Source: Candidatus Staskawiczbacteria bacterium (lineage in GTDB: Bacteria; Patescibacteriota; Minisyncoccia; Minisyncoccales; Staskawiczbacteraceae). From it: a DNA stretch of 64,000 nt. Position numbers and translations under genes: made by a program. Positions 8,360 to 15,850 of the stretch are shown here, one piece after another; position 1 is the first letter of the stretch, and each line of letters opens with the position of its first letter. Below the pieces are notes generated by a model, which was not told where the DNA came from, ran no database searches, and saw only the letters and a list, made by a program, of their open reading frames with translations. Location: contig JAPLZC010000006.1 in assembly GCA_026395215.1 (NCBI GenBank), positions 8,081 through 72,080 of the forward strand. The letters are read 5' to 3'.

Positions 8360-10015
8360 ATGAGTAGTTCAAAGTTATATCCGCCGATAGTATTCGGCGT
8401 GTTTGGTACATTCGATCCGCGACTGGATGGCGCTGGCCCTCAGGACCGCGAACGGTCGAACTTCATCGTGAAAATGACCGCGGCAATGATTGCGGATCAT
8501 GTGAAAATGCCGGACGGTAATCCGGTGAACGTGTTTGAACCAAAAACCTTGGTTGGTGGTGAAAGGGATGCTGACATTGTCGCCGGAATGTTCAAAGGTG
8601 CCGGCGTGCAAGTTCTTGTTTGCGTTTCCGACACCTGGGCATATCCCGGCAAGACCGCGATTGCACTGGCAAATCACTTCCCAAACGACATGCCCCTGCT
8701 TCTTCTCTGCGGTAACTCGGCGCCCAAACCGGGAGTGGTTTTTGACCACGCCTGCAGCGGTGCCTTTGCGCAGATGGGACGCAAGGCTTATCTCATTGTT
8801 GGTACCTGGGACGATGTTGGCCAGAAACCGGTGATGACCGTAGAGACCGCCAGCGAACTGATTTCCTGGTGCTACGGCATGTTGCCCAAAGCCGGCTGGA
8901 AGGGAAAGCGTCTGCTTTTCCACGGCGCTCATTCCATGGAAATGGAAACTGCGATGGCGCATGTCATTGCTACCCGGAATCAGTTCGGGGTGCATATTTC
9001 CATGAACGACATGACCGAAGTCTCCGACCGTCTCACCAAGCGAGAGTACAGCGATTCCGAGCTTTATAACCTTCGCAGATGGATGGACAGGATGCTCGGC
9101 AAACGCATTCAGATTCGGAATGTCGAAGATGAGGGAAAATTCCAGCAAGAGCTGGCTATGTACCTCATCACGCGTAACCTCATGAACGAGGTCAATGCAA
9201 TCGGCGGCGGGTTTATGTCTCAGCTCTCGTGGGGCTCGGACAAACGCATTTTGCCTCGGCCGGTTGCCGATGCAATGGAAAGTCTTCACAACAGTACATT
9301 TGACCATAACGGCCCCAAAACACCCAGGCCCTATGCAACGGAGTCAGACGCACAAGGCGGGTTGACAATGTTGCTGCAGTTCTGGATCTCCGGCGGTATG
9401 CCTCCGCTTTTCGCGGACTTCCGCAAGGTGTGGGAGGCCAATGATTTGGCTGATGTGGCCGCCAGTCTGAAAGTGGTACTCTCTGATGATGGGTGGGCCA
9501 AGCGAGGAATTGTTGATTACGACAACTCCGGTTCGGCCTCGTTCAACTGGGCTGGAAAACCCGGCATGACGGCCGAGGAATGCACGGCCAAGGTCTCAAT
9601 GCCTTTGGCTGATGAATTTTATTTTCCCGGCGGAGGTAACAGTGTGACATTCATGACTCCTGGCGACATTGACATGTTGACCGGCCGGCTCTGGTATGTT
9701 CAGTCCAAAGACAGGTGGGCGCTTACCTGGGACGACGCAGTTACCTGCGAACTTCCCGCTCCGCTGGCCAACAAACTCGCCAGTCTGTCTTCGCCTGGCT
9801 GGCCACACACATGGGTCATGTTTAAGAACTTTGAGCTGGCGCTGGTCAAGCACATTTCGCCCGCCAACCACTGGCACGCAGTCTGGAACACAGACCGCCG
9901 GCGGCTGATGTATGCCATGGATGCCTTGGGTATCCAGGACCTGCATGCTTCCAAGTTCCCAGCGTACACCCCCGGGCACGACATCCCGCCAACACTGCTT
10001 TCGCTGATCAAGTAG
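8360..10015 (+). CDS. L-fucose isomerase family protein (FucI-like aldose-ketose isomerase), GC-rich cassette c
   Basis: These blocks align with E. coli FucI as I recall it: NSTFDHNG..YATESDAQGG (NSSFDWNG..VATENDSLNG), FADFRKVW (FADVRTYW), DNSGSA (INSGSA), FPGGGNSVTF (FRGGGYSSRF), WPHTW (WPTTW) and ANH. GGGGAG lies 6 nt upstream of the ATG. Confidence 0.8.
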   Translation: MSSSKLYPPIVFGVFGTFDPRLDGAGPQDRERSNFIVKMTAAMIADHVKMPDGNPVNVFEPKTLVGGERDADIVAGMFKGAGVQVLVCVSDTWAYPGKTAIALANHFPNDMPLLLLCGNSAPKPGVVFDHACSGAFAQMGRKAYLIVGTWDDVGQKPVMTVETASELISWCYGMLPKAGWKGKRLLFHGAHSMEMETAMAHVIATRNQFGVHISMNDMTEVSDRLTKREYSDSELYNLRRWMDRMLGKRIQIRNVEDEGKFQQELAMYLITRNLMNEVNAIGGGFMSQLSWGSDKRILPRPVADAMESLHNSTFDHNGPKTPRPYATESDAQGGLTMLLQFWISGGMPPLFADFRKVWEANDLADVAASLKVVLSDDGWAKRGIVDYDNSGSASFNWAGKPGMTAEECTAKVSMPLADEFYFPGGGNSVTFMTPGDIDMLTGRLWYVQSKDRWALTWDDAVTCELPAPLANKLASLSSPGWPHTWVMFKNFELALVKHISPANHWHAVWNTDRRRLMYAMDALGIQDLHASKFPAYTPGHDIPPTLLSLIK

Positions 10016-10052
10016 CGACCAGTTGGTGGTAGTCATACATAAAAATATCCTT

Positions 10053-10096
10053 ATCCTTGTGTAGTCTCTTCGGAGATTGCGCAAGGATTTTTTTTG
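10053..10096 (+). terminator. rho-independent terminator after cassette c
   Basis: 16-bp stem including G-U pairs, with a TTCG tetraloop and a T8 run. Confidence 0.85.
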
Positions 10097-10156
10097 CATA
10101 AAAACTATTGTGCGACAATTTGTTTGACAAAAGAGGAAAATAATGTAAAATAATAA

Positions 10157-10216
10157 GACAACTCTGGTCTTTGACATTTTACAGTTTTTATCTTTGCCCG
10201 CAAAGCAGAGAGCTGT
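10157..10216 (+). repeat. 60-nt shared 5' leader, copy 2 (upstream of the XylA-like gene)
   Basis: Same 60-mer as 8264-8323 with one substitution. Preceded by TTGACA 10124-10129, a 16-nt spacer and TAAAAT 10146-10151. Confidence 0.85.
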
Positions 10217-10252
10217 GTGGTATTTAGGCTAGAGAGAAAGAAGGCAGGAACA

Positions 10253-11386
10253 ATGAAGCGGCAAATGTTTAATCGTGGGCCAGTCACACAAAGGTCAATG
10301 CCTTTTTGGCCGTTGCAGTACCGCGGGACAGATCCTTTTGGCGGTCCGATTTTGGGCGCCATGGATTCATTGGAAACAGCCGATCTGCTGTGTTGGGCGG
10401 GAAAAGAAGGATTCATTGAACTAACCTCGGCCCATGATGATGACTTGGTGCCGTGGAATCCGAAGAGGCCGGAAGACGACCTGGATAAAAGCGGACTAGT
10501 CTACGGACGGCTTATGGAAATCCGTCAAAAACTCGACGCCGCCAACGTGGGTTTTCACATGGTTACCTGTTGTCTGCACGGAGACCCTATGTTCCGGCGC
10601 GGTGGGCTAACCAACCCCGATCCGAAAATTCGTGAACTGGCTAAGCTCAAAGTTCAGCGCACTTTGCGCATTGGCAGTATGCTCGGCGCCAAGCGGTTCA
10701 CCTACTGGGTGGCCCGCGACGGTTTCGAGGTGATGATCACTGTCGATCCGAAGGTGATGGACTGGTTGGCTGAAGGGTTGAATAGCGCAATCAGCTACAT
10801 GACTGAGGCCAGTCTGGACTACGATATGGCCACAATTGAACCCAAACCCAACGAACCGCGCGGACACATGTACCTGCCAACAGCAGGTCATGCCGCGGCC
10901 TTCACTCAAGCTCTCAACGAGCCAGGTTTCTGGAAAGTGAATCCGGAATTAACCCAGCACGAAGGTATGGCTGGGCTTGACCCGATTACTTGCATTCGCC
11001 TGCTCGTCAAGCTCGACAAATTGGGATTCCTACACTTCGGCAACCAGATTAACGGTCAGTTCGACAACGATTTTCCGCCGTTGGTTGGCCCGGAGCATCT
11101 CAAAGAAACAGCCGAGATGTTCCGCGTGCTTGAACAGCTCGGCTGGAAAGGTGTGGTTGAATATGACTGCCACGCATTGCGTTCTGAATTGAATCCGGAT
11201 GATTCGCTCGGATGCAAGAAGGACTTCATTGTAGACTGCACCATGGGCCTTTCCATCTCGCTCAAATTGGCGGAGCGGATTAAAAGCCTTGTGTTCGGCA
11301 TGCGCGAGAGCCAAGCTGATCTCAATTCGATTATGTTGCTTTGCAATCTTTCAGACGAAGATGTTAGTCATTACCTTGTTCGATAA
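10253..11386 (+). CDS. xylose isomerase-like TIM-barrel protein (divergent XylA family), GC-rich cassette d
   Basis: Blocks AHDDDL (XylA FHDxD), YWVARDGFE (FWGGREGYE), IEPKPNEP (EPKPxEP), NPELTQHEGMAGL (NIExNHAxLAGH) and FDNDFPP (WDTDQFP). Start taken at ATG 10253, with GAAGG upstream, rather than GTG 10217. Confidence 0.7.
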   Translation: MKRQMFNRGPVTQRSMPFWPLQYRGTDPFGGPILGAMDSLETADLLCWAGKEGFIELTSAHDDDLVPWNPKRPEDDLDKSGLVYGRLMEIRQKLDAANVGFHMVTCCLHGDPMFRRGGLTNPDPKIRELAKLKVQRTLRIGSMLGAKRFTYWVARDGFEVMITVDPKVMDWLAEGLNSAISYMTEASLDYDMATIEPKPNEPRGHMYLPTAGHAAAFTQALNEPGFWKVNPELTQHEGMAGLDPITCIRLLVKLDKLGFLHFGNQINGQFDNDFPPLVGPEHLKETAEMFRVLEQLGWKGVVEYDCHALRSELNPDDSLGCKKDFIVDCTMGLSISLKLAERIKSLVFGMRESQADLNSIMLLCNLSDEDVSHYLVR

Positions 11387-11413
11387 AAGCAGGAAAACAA
11401 ACATTTGAAATGG

Positions 11414-11443
11414 CCCCGAGTTAACAGCTCGGGGATTTTTTTT
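11414..11443 (+). terminator. rho-independent terminator after cassette d
   Basis: ccccgag/ctcgggg stem, 7-nt loop, T8 run. Confidence 0.85.
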
Positions 11444-11477
11444 ATGTCTATCCGTGGTAGACAGGCGACAGAGGGGC

Positions 11478-11637
11478 TTGACATAAAAGTGTAACGGAGT
11501 AATATAAAGCCATGAATAAAAACTTTGCCCTATTGTTAAGCTTGTTGTTATTGGACAAACAGTCTAGGGGGTTTTTGATAAAATAAACACAAAATAAAAT
11601 TACATATCAAAAAATCCTCCTAGAAAGAGGATTTTTC
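11478..11637 (+). promoter_or_regulatory. promoter plus a leaderless Leu-rich leader peptide and terminator/antiterminator (putative attenuator) of cassette e
   Basis: TTGACA 11478-11483, 16-nt spacer, TAATAT 11500-11505. ATG 11512 sits at the predicted +1. The 24-codon ORF 11512-11586 is MNKNFALLLSLLLLDKQSRGFLIK (8 Leu). Terminator hairpin atcctc/gaggat is at 11614-11632 followed by TTTT. The upstream ctaggggg (11564-11571) can pair with cctcctag (11616-11623). Confidence 0.45.
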
Positions 11638-11687
11638 AGTGTGTAATTTTGTCAGCACTTTCACAACTCAAAGAAAGGACGGATCCT

Positions 11688-11969
11688 ATGTCCATTGTCA
11701 CAACAAAAGAACTTACGCACAAATTCGTCGTTCCAACAACGCGCCACCCAGAGTACGGTTGGTTCTATGCTTTCGTTTTTAGCGTAGATCAAAACGAAAT
11801 CTGCAAACTACTTGCGTGGTGGAGTGCGAATATTTGTAGAGAGATTTGGGTGCCAGTGGGAACAATCGAGTCGTTCACGTTGTTTGATAATGATAAAGAG
11901 GCTAAAGCATGTTTAGAAGAAAGAAAATCGGCCTCATCCAATCCAAAAGGTTGTCGGCTTCGTTGCTGA
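11688..11969 (+). CDS. hypothetical protein, GC-rich cassette e (93 aa)
   Basis: ATG 11688 preceded by AAAGGA at 8-nt spacing. Own terminator. No family recognised. Confidence 0.55.
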   Translation: MSIVTTKELTHKFVVPTTRHPEYGWFYAFVFSVDQNEICKLLAWWSANICREIWVPVGTIESFTLFDNDKEAKACLEERKSASSNPKGCRLRC

Positions 11970-11986
11970 CAGCGTACTAGTCTTGT

Positions 11987-12012
11987 GCCTCACTTCGGTG
12001 GGGCTTTTTTTT
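11987..12012 (+). terminator. rho-independent terminator after cassette e
   Basis: gcctcac/gtggggc stem, TTCG loop, T8 run. Confidence 0.8.
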
Positions 12013-12084
12013 GCTTTGCCTCGCCGAAGCTTTTAGCGTAGGCGGGAGCTGTGCATAACTAAGGGTGTTGACTGGGTAGTGTGA

Positions 12085-12131
12085 AGTGGAGTATAAATAA
12101 GCTACAGTGGGTAAAAGTGGATAACAGTGGG
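12085..12131 (+). promoter_or_regulatory. MraZ-box-like direct repeats in the mraZ promoter/leader
   Basis: AGTGGA 12085, AGTGGG 12106, AGTGGA 12116 and AGTGGG 12126, the last three at exact 10-nt spacing. They overlap and lie downstream of TTGACT 12068-12073 / TATAAA 12092-12097. MraZ is known to bind GTGGG direct repeats in its own promoter. Confidence 0.6.
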
Positions 12132-12141
12132 ATAACTAATT

Positions 12142-12573
12142 ATGCTAATAGGACAATACGAACACACAATTGATATCAAAAAGCGCCTAGCCCTGCCTGC
12201 AAAATTTAGGGGGGAACTTGGTGATAAAGTAATTGTTACAAAAGGAATTGAATCTTGCTTGGTGGTTTATACTGAAAAAGAATTTAAAATAATGTCAGAT
12301 AAAATAAGTAATTTAACAATCAGCCAATCAGAAGCAAGAAGTTTTACCAGAACAATGCTAGCAGGAGCTATGGAAGTAAATTTTGATAAGCTTGGAAGAA
12401 TATTGGTTCCAGACTATTTAAAAAAATACGCTAATTTAAATAAAAATGTTGTTATTTGCGGATTGTCCAATAGACTAGAAATTTGGGATGCAGAAAATTG
12501 GAATGCTTGGACAAAGGAAGCTGAAAAAGGAGTAAGTGATATAGTCTCTAAGCTTGGAGGATTAGGTATATAA
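12142..12573 (+). CDS. mraZ: transcriptional regulator MraZ
   Basis: 143 aa with a duplicated SpoVT/AbrB-like DxxxR pattern (IDIKKRLALPAKFR, FDKLGRILVPDYL). First gene of the dcw cluster. Confidence 0.9.
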   Translation: MLIGQYEHTIDIKKRLALPAKFRGELGDKVIVTKGIESCLVVYTEKEFKIMSDKISNLTISQSEARSFTRTMLAGAMEVNFDKLGRILVPDYLKKYANLNKNVVICGLSNRLEIWDAENWNAWTKEAEKGVSDIVSKLGGLGI

Positions 12574-12658
12574 CATTAACGAATAACGAATCTATTACAA
12601 ATATACGAATTCGTAAATTTGTACGGAATTCGTAATTCGATGATAGAGCAAAGCGATT
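12574..12658 (+). repeat. intercistronic AT-rich word-palindrome element, family B copy 1 (mraZ-rsmH spacer)
   Basis: About 85% identical to 13547-13634. Arms are built from acgaat/attcgt words around the core tacgaattcgta 12604-12615. Ends gagcaaagcgatt directly before the ATG. Confidence 0.75.
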
Positions 12659-13546
12659 ATGATACATACAGCGGTTCTTAAAAAAGAAGTTCTTGAATAT
12701 TTAAACCCGCAACAAAATGAAAATTTTGTTGATTGCACAGTGGGCGAGGGAGGGCATTCTGAAGATATTTTAAATAAAAATGGGCCTGAAGGAAAAGTTT
12801 TGGGAATTGATTTAGACCCACAACAAATTGTGGCTAGCCAATGGTTGCATGTGCAGTTTAAAGAAAGGATAATTTTGGCTAACGATTCTTATATAAATGT
12901 AAGAGAAATTGCTGAAAGGAAAAATTTAGGCCAAGTTAACGGAATATTGTTGGATTTAGGAATGTCATCTGCACAGTTGGTTAGGGCACACAAAGGATTT
13001 TCATTTCAGGTAGATCAGGGTTTGGACATGAGATATAACGACGAGACAGGATATTTGACGGCAGAAAAAATAGTTAATGAATGGCCGGAAGAAAAAATTG
13101 CAGAAATTTTGGAAAATTACGGAGAAGAAAAATTTGCGAAAAAAATTGCCAAAAATATTGTTGAAGAAAGAAAAAAAGGAAGAATAAAAACAACATTCCA
13201 ACTTATAGAAATTATAAAGGACGCCACACCATCTGCATATTGGAGAGGGAAAATTCATTATGCTACCAGAACCTTCCAAGCCTTAAGAATTGCGGTCAAC
13301 GACGAGCTTGAAAGCATTAAGAGAGTTTTGCCAGAGGCAGTTTCACTTTTAGCGCCCGATGGAAGGCTTGTGGTTATATCATTTCATTCTTTAGAGGATA
13401 GAATTGTTAAGAACTTTTTTGCAGAGCAGGCAAAAAAGGGAGTATTAAAAATAATAACAAAAAAGCCTATAACAGCCAGCAGAGATGAACTTGGGAAAAA
13501 TCCCAGAGCCAGGTCTGCAAAACTGAGAGTGGCAGTAAAAATATAA
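12659..13546 (+). CDS. rsmH: 16S rRNA (cytosine1402-N4)-methyltransferase RsmH
   Basis: 295 aa with HTAVLKKEVLEYL, DCTVGEGGHS, ISFHSLEDRIVK and NPRARSAKLR blocks. Located in dcw context. Confidence 0.9.
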   Translation: MIHTAVLKKEVLEYLNPQQNENFVDCTVGEGGHSEDILNKNGPEGKVLGIDLDPQQIVASQWLHVQFKERIILANDSYINVREIAERKNLGQVNGILLDLGMSSAQLVRAHKGFSFQVDQGLDMRYNDETGYLTAEKIVNEWPEEKIAEILENYGEEKFAKKIAKNIVEERKKGRIKTTFQLIEIIKDATPSAYWRGKIHYATRTFQALRIAVNDELESIKRVLPEAVSLLAPDGRLVVISFHSLEDRIVKNFFAEQAKKGVLKIITKKPITASRDELGKNPRARSAKLRVAVKI

Positions 13547-13634
13547 ACCATCAACGAATAACGAATCCAATACGAATATACGAATTCGTAAATTCGTAAC
13601 TAAATTCGTAATTCGATGATGGAGCAAAGCGATT
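13547..13634 (+). repeat. intercistronic AT-rich word-palindrome element, family B copy 2 (rsmH-ftsL spacer)
   Basis: Paralog of 12574-12658. Core tacgaattcgta at 13579-13590. Confidence 0.75.
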
Positions 13635-13994
13635 ATGACAACAGCAGTATTAGGATATTTAAAGGTTCAAAAAAGCATCCAATCTAAAGTAAGATCAATA
13701 AATCTTCCTGTTATTAATTGGAAATCGGTTTGTTTTGTGGGATTTTTTGTCAGCTTATCTTTGCTTGTCTTTTACGTTTGGCAAATTAATAATTTGACAA
13801 GAGGTTCTTTTCTGGTAAATAGCTATGAAACGCAAATTAGCAAGCTTTCGGCAGAGAATAAAAATTTACAGGTTTCATTTGCCGAGAACAGCTTTTTGGG
13901 GCAGGCTATGGAAAAAATTCAAGCATTAAATTTTCAAAAAACAACTTCTGTAAAATATATACAAATTCCTGACAGCTCGGTTGCAATAAAATGA
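13635..13994 (+). CDS. ftsL: cell division protein FtsL-like (single TM plus coiled coil)
   Basis: 119 aa, one TM helix, located between rsmH and ftsI. ATGA overlap with ftsI. Confidence 0.6.
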   Translation: MTTAVLGYLKVQKSIQSKVRSINLPVINWKSVCFVGFFVSLSLLVFYVWQINNLTRGSFLVNSYETQISKLSAENKNLQVSFAENSFLGQAMEKIQALNFQKTTSVKYIQIPDSSVAIK

Positions 13995-15709
13995 AAAAGC
14001 CTAAAAGCTGGCGTGTAAATATAGTATTTATTTTTATATTACTTTTTGGGGCAGCTATAATAAGCCGCCTGTTTTTTCTGCAAATAATTGAAAGAAAGCT
14101 TTACGAGTCGCAAGCGCTTGGTCAACAAACCACATTTAGCAATGTTGTAGGTACAAGGGGACAAATTTTTTGCGAAAATAGTCAAGAAACCAAAGGGGTA
14201 CAAGGATCGGGCGAAGTTAAAAGTCTGGCAATAAATAAAGATAGTTGGACAATATCGGCAAGCCCTAAAGACATACCAGACAAGCAGAAATTTGCAGAGT
14301 TGTTAAGCCAAATTACAAAGCAAACTGTTAAGCAAATACTTACACTGTTAGACGGCTCAAATAGCTATGCTGTTTTGCAAAAAGATTTGTCGGGAGAGCA
14401 ATTAGATGAAATTAAAGCCTTAAATTTAAAAGGGCTGTCTTGGCAGAATATTCCCGATAGATTTTATCCGCAAGGCGAAATGGCTTCGCAGACAATTGGA
14501 TTTTTAGGTGGAGCCGGCTCGGGGCAATATGGCGTTGAGGGATATTATGAAGATGTTTTAAAAGGCAAATCGGGGGTTGTGGTAGAAAAATCCGGGATTG
14601 GTTCCCTTTTTTCAAATAACAGCCAGATATCTTTAAATGGATCTGATTTGTATCTGACAATTGATTATAACATTCAATTTCAGGCAGAAGAATTGTTGAA
14701 GCAAGAGCAGAAAAAAAATGATATAGATTCGGGTCAGATAATTGTTATGAGGCCGGACACCGGCAAGATTTTAGCCTTGGCTGAGTTTCCAAGTTTTAAT
14801 CCAAATCAATATTCTAGAGAGGCAGATTTGAATATTTTTCAAAACTCTGCTGTGCAAAAACTTTTTGAGCCTGGTTCTATTATGAAGCCATTTACAATGG
14901 CAGCAGCTTTAAATGAAGGAAAAATAACGCCTGACACAACCTATACTGACACGGGCGTTGTAGATTTTGGGAAGTATCAGATTCATAATTTTGCCAACGA
15001 AAAATATGGTCTACAGACTATGACACAAGTCCTTGAAAGTTCAATTAATACTGGGGCAGTATATGCTGAACAACAAATTCCTCACAAAACATTTTTCAAT
15101 TATTTGGATAATTTCGGATTTTTTCAAAAAACAGGAGTTGATTTGCAAGGAGAAACTTATTCTAGCAACTATTTGCTGAAAAACGGACCCGATGTAGAAT
15201 ATGCGACTGCTTCATTTGGACAGGGAATTGAATTAACTCCACTTCAAATTGCCAGAGGATTTTGTGCAATTGCTAACGGCGGAAAACTGGTTAAGCCATA
15301 TATGGTTGAAAAAATTATAAATGGGAAAGATGAGGTAAAAACAAGGCCAGATGTTTCTGACCCAATTATTTCTAAGCAGACAGCTTCGCAATTGAATATG
15401 ATGTTAATTAATGTGGTTGATAAGGGTTTCAATAGTGTGGCAAAAATTCCGGGCTATTATTTGGCTGGGAAAACGGGAACAGCCCAAGTTCCATTAAAAA
15501 ATGGAAAAGGATATGAACAAGACAAAACCATCCAGAGTTTTGTGGGCTATGGTCCGGCTTTAAATCCGCAATTTTTAATAATGGTAAAATTAGATAATCC
15601 AAAGGTTCCCAAATCATCTCTCTCGGCAGTTCCTGTTTTCAAAAAACTAGCCCAATACATAATCAACTACTGGCAAATCCCCCCAGACTATGATATAAAT
15701 GCTAAATAA
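13991..15709 (+). CDS. ftsI: penicillin-binding protein 2 / FtsI transpeptidase
   Basis: N-terminal TM helix. Motifs SIMK (SxxK), SIN (SxN) and KTGTA. Confidence 0.9.
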   Translation: MKKPKSWRVNIVFIFILLFGAAIISRLFFLQIIERKLYESQALGQQTTFSNVVGTRGQIFCENSQETKGVQGSGEVKSLAINKDSWTISASPKDIPDKQKFAELLSQITKQTVKQILTLLDGSNSYAVLQKDLSGEQLDEIKALNLKGLSWQNIPDRFYPQGEMASQTIGFLGGAGSGQYGVEGYYEDVLKGKSGVVVEKSGIGSLFSNNSQISLNGSDLYLTIDYNIQFQAEELLKQEQKKNDIDSGQIIVMRPDTGKILALAEFPSFNPNQYSREADLNIFQNSAVQKLFEPGSIMKPFTMAAALNEGKITPDTTYTDTGVVDFGKYQIHNFANEKYGLQTMTQVLESSINTGAVYAEQQIPHKTFFNYLDNFGFFQKTGVDLQGETYSSNYLLKNGPDVEYATASFGQGIELTPLQIARGFCAIANGGKLVKPYMVEKIINGKDEVKTRPDVSDPIISKQTASQLNMMLINVVDKGFNSVAKIPGYYLAGKTGTAQVPLKNGKGYEQDKTIQSFVGYGPALNPQFLIMVKLDNPKVPKSSLSAVPVFKKLAQYIINYWQIPPDYDINAK

Positions 15710-15723
15710 ACAGCTGAATAATT

Positions 15724-15798
15724 GGCCCCATCGTCTAGCCTGGTCTAGGACATTTCCTTCTCAAGGAAGTAACTCGGGTTCGAATCCCGATGGGGCCA
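15724..15798 (+). tRNA. tRNA-Glu (anticodon CTC)
   Basis: Manual cloverleaf. Acceptor GGCCCCA/TGGGGCC. D arm GTCT..GGAC. Anticodon loop TTCTCAA. T arm TCGGG-TTCGAAT-CCCGA. Confidence 0.9.
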
Positions 15799-15801
15799 CA
15801 A

Positions 15802-15832
15802 ACGGGCGGGTTATACACATAGCCCGTTTTTT
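15802..15832 (+). terminator. rho-independent terminator after tRNA-Glu
   Basis: acgggc/gcccgt stem followed by a T6 run. Confidence 0.7.
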
Positions 15833-15850
15833 GTTTTAATGGTAAAATAG

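Noticed and set aside
8375-9307. Long antisense or alternative-frame ORFs inside the GC-rich genes. Examples are 8375-9307, 8535-8834, 9596-10177, 9700-10011, 10607-10909, 11030-11346, 3345-3776 and 41904-42314.
   Set aside because: They overlap ORFs with clear family signatures (FucI-like, XylA-like) or a T-box RNA. They have no start context and are what stop-poor GC-rich sequence produces by chance.
10107-10118. The motif attgtgcgacaa/TGCGACAA recurring at 10107, 52287 and 52351, with a related ttgcgacat at 53576, as a transcription-factor site.
   Set aside because: An 8-mer of this composition is expected about once in 128 kb of two-strand sequence. Three to four loosely related hits in heterogeneous contexts is too weak without a genome-wide count.
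13992-13994. Alternative genetic code (UGA recoding), as seen in some candidate phyla.
   Set aside because: TGA functions as a stop at the ftsL/ftsI ATGA overlap, at the end of the P-type ATPase (TGA followed by TAA) and at prmC. All conserved proteins translate cleanly with code 11.
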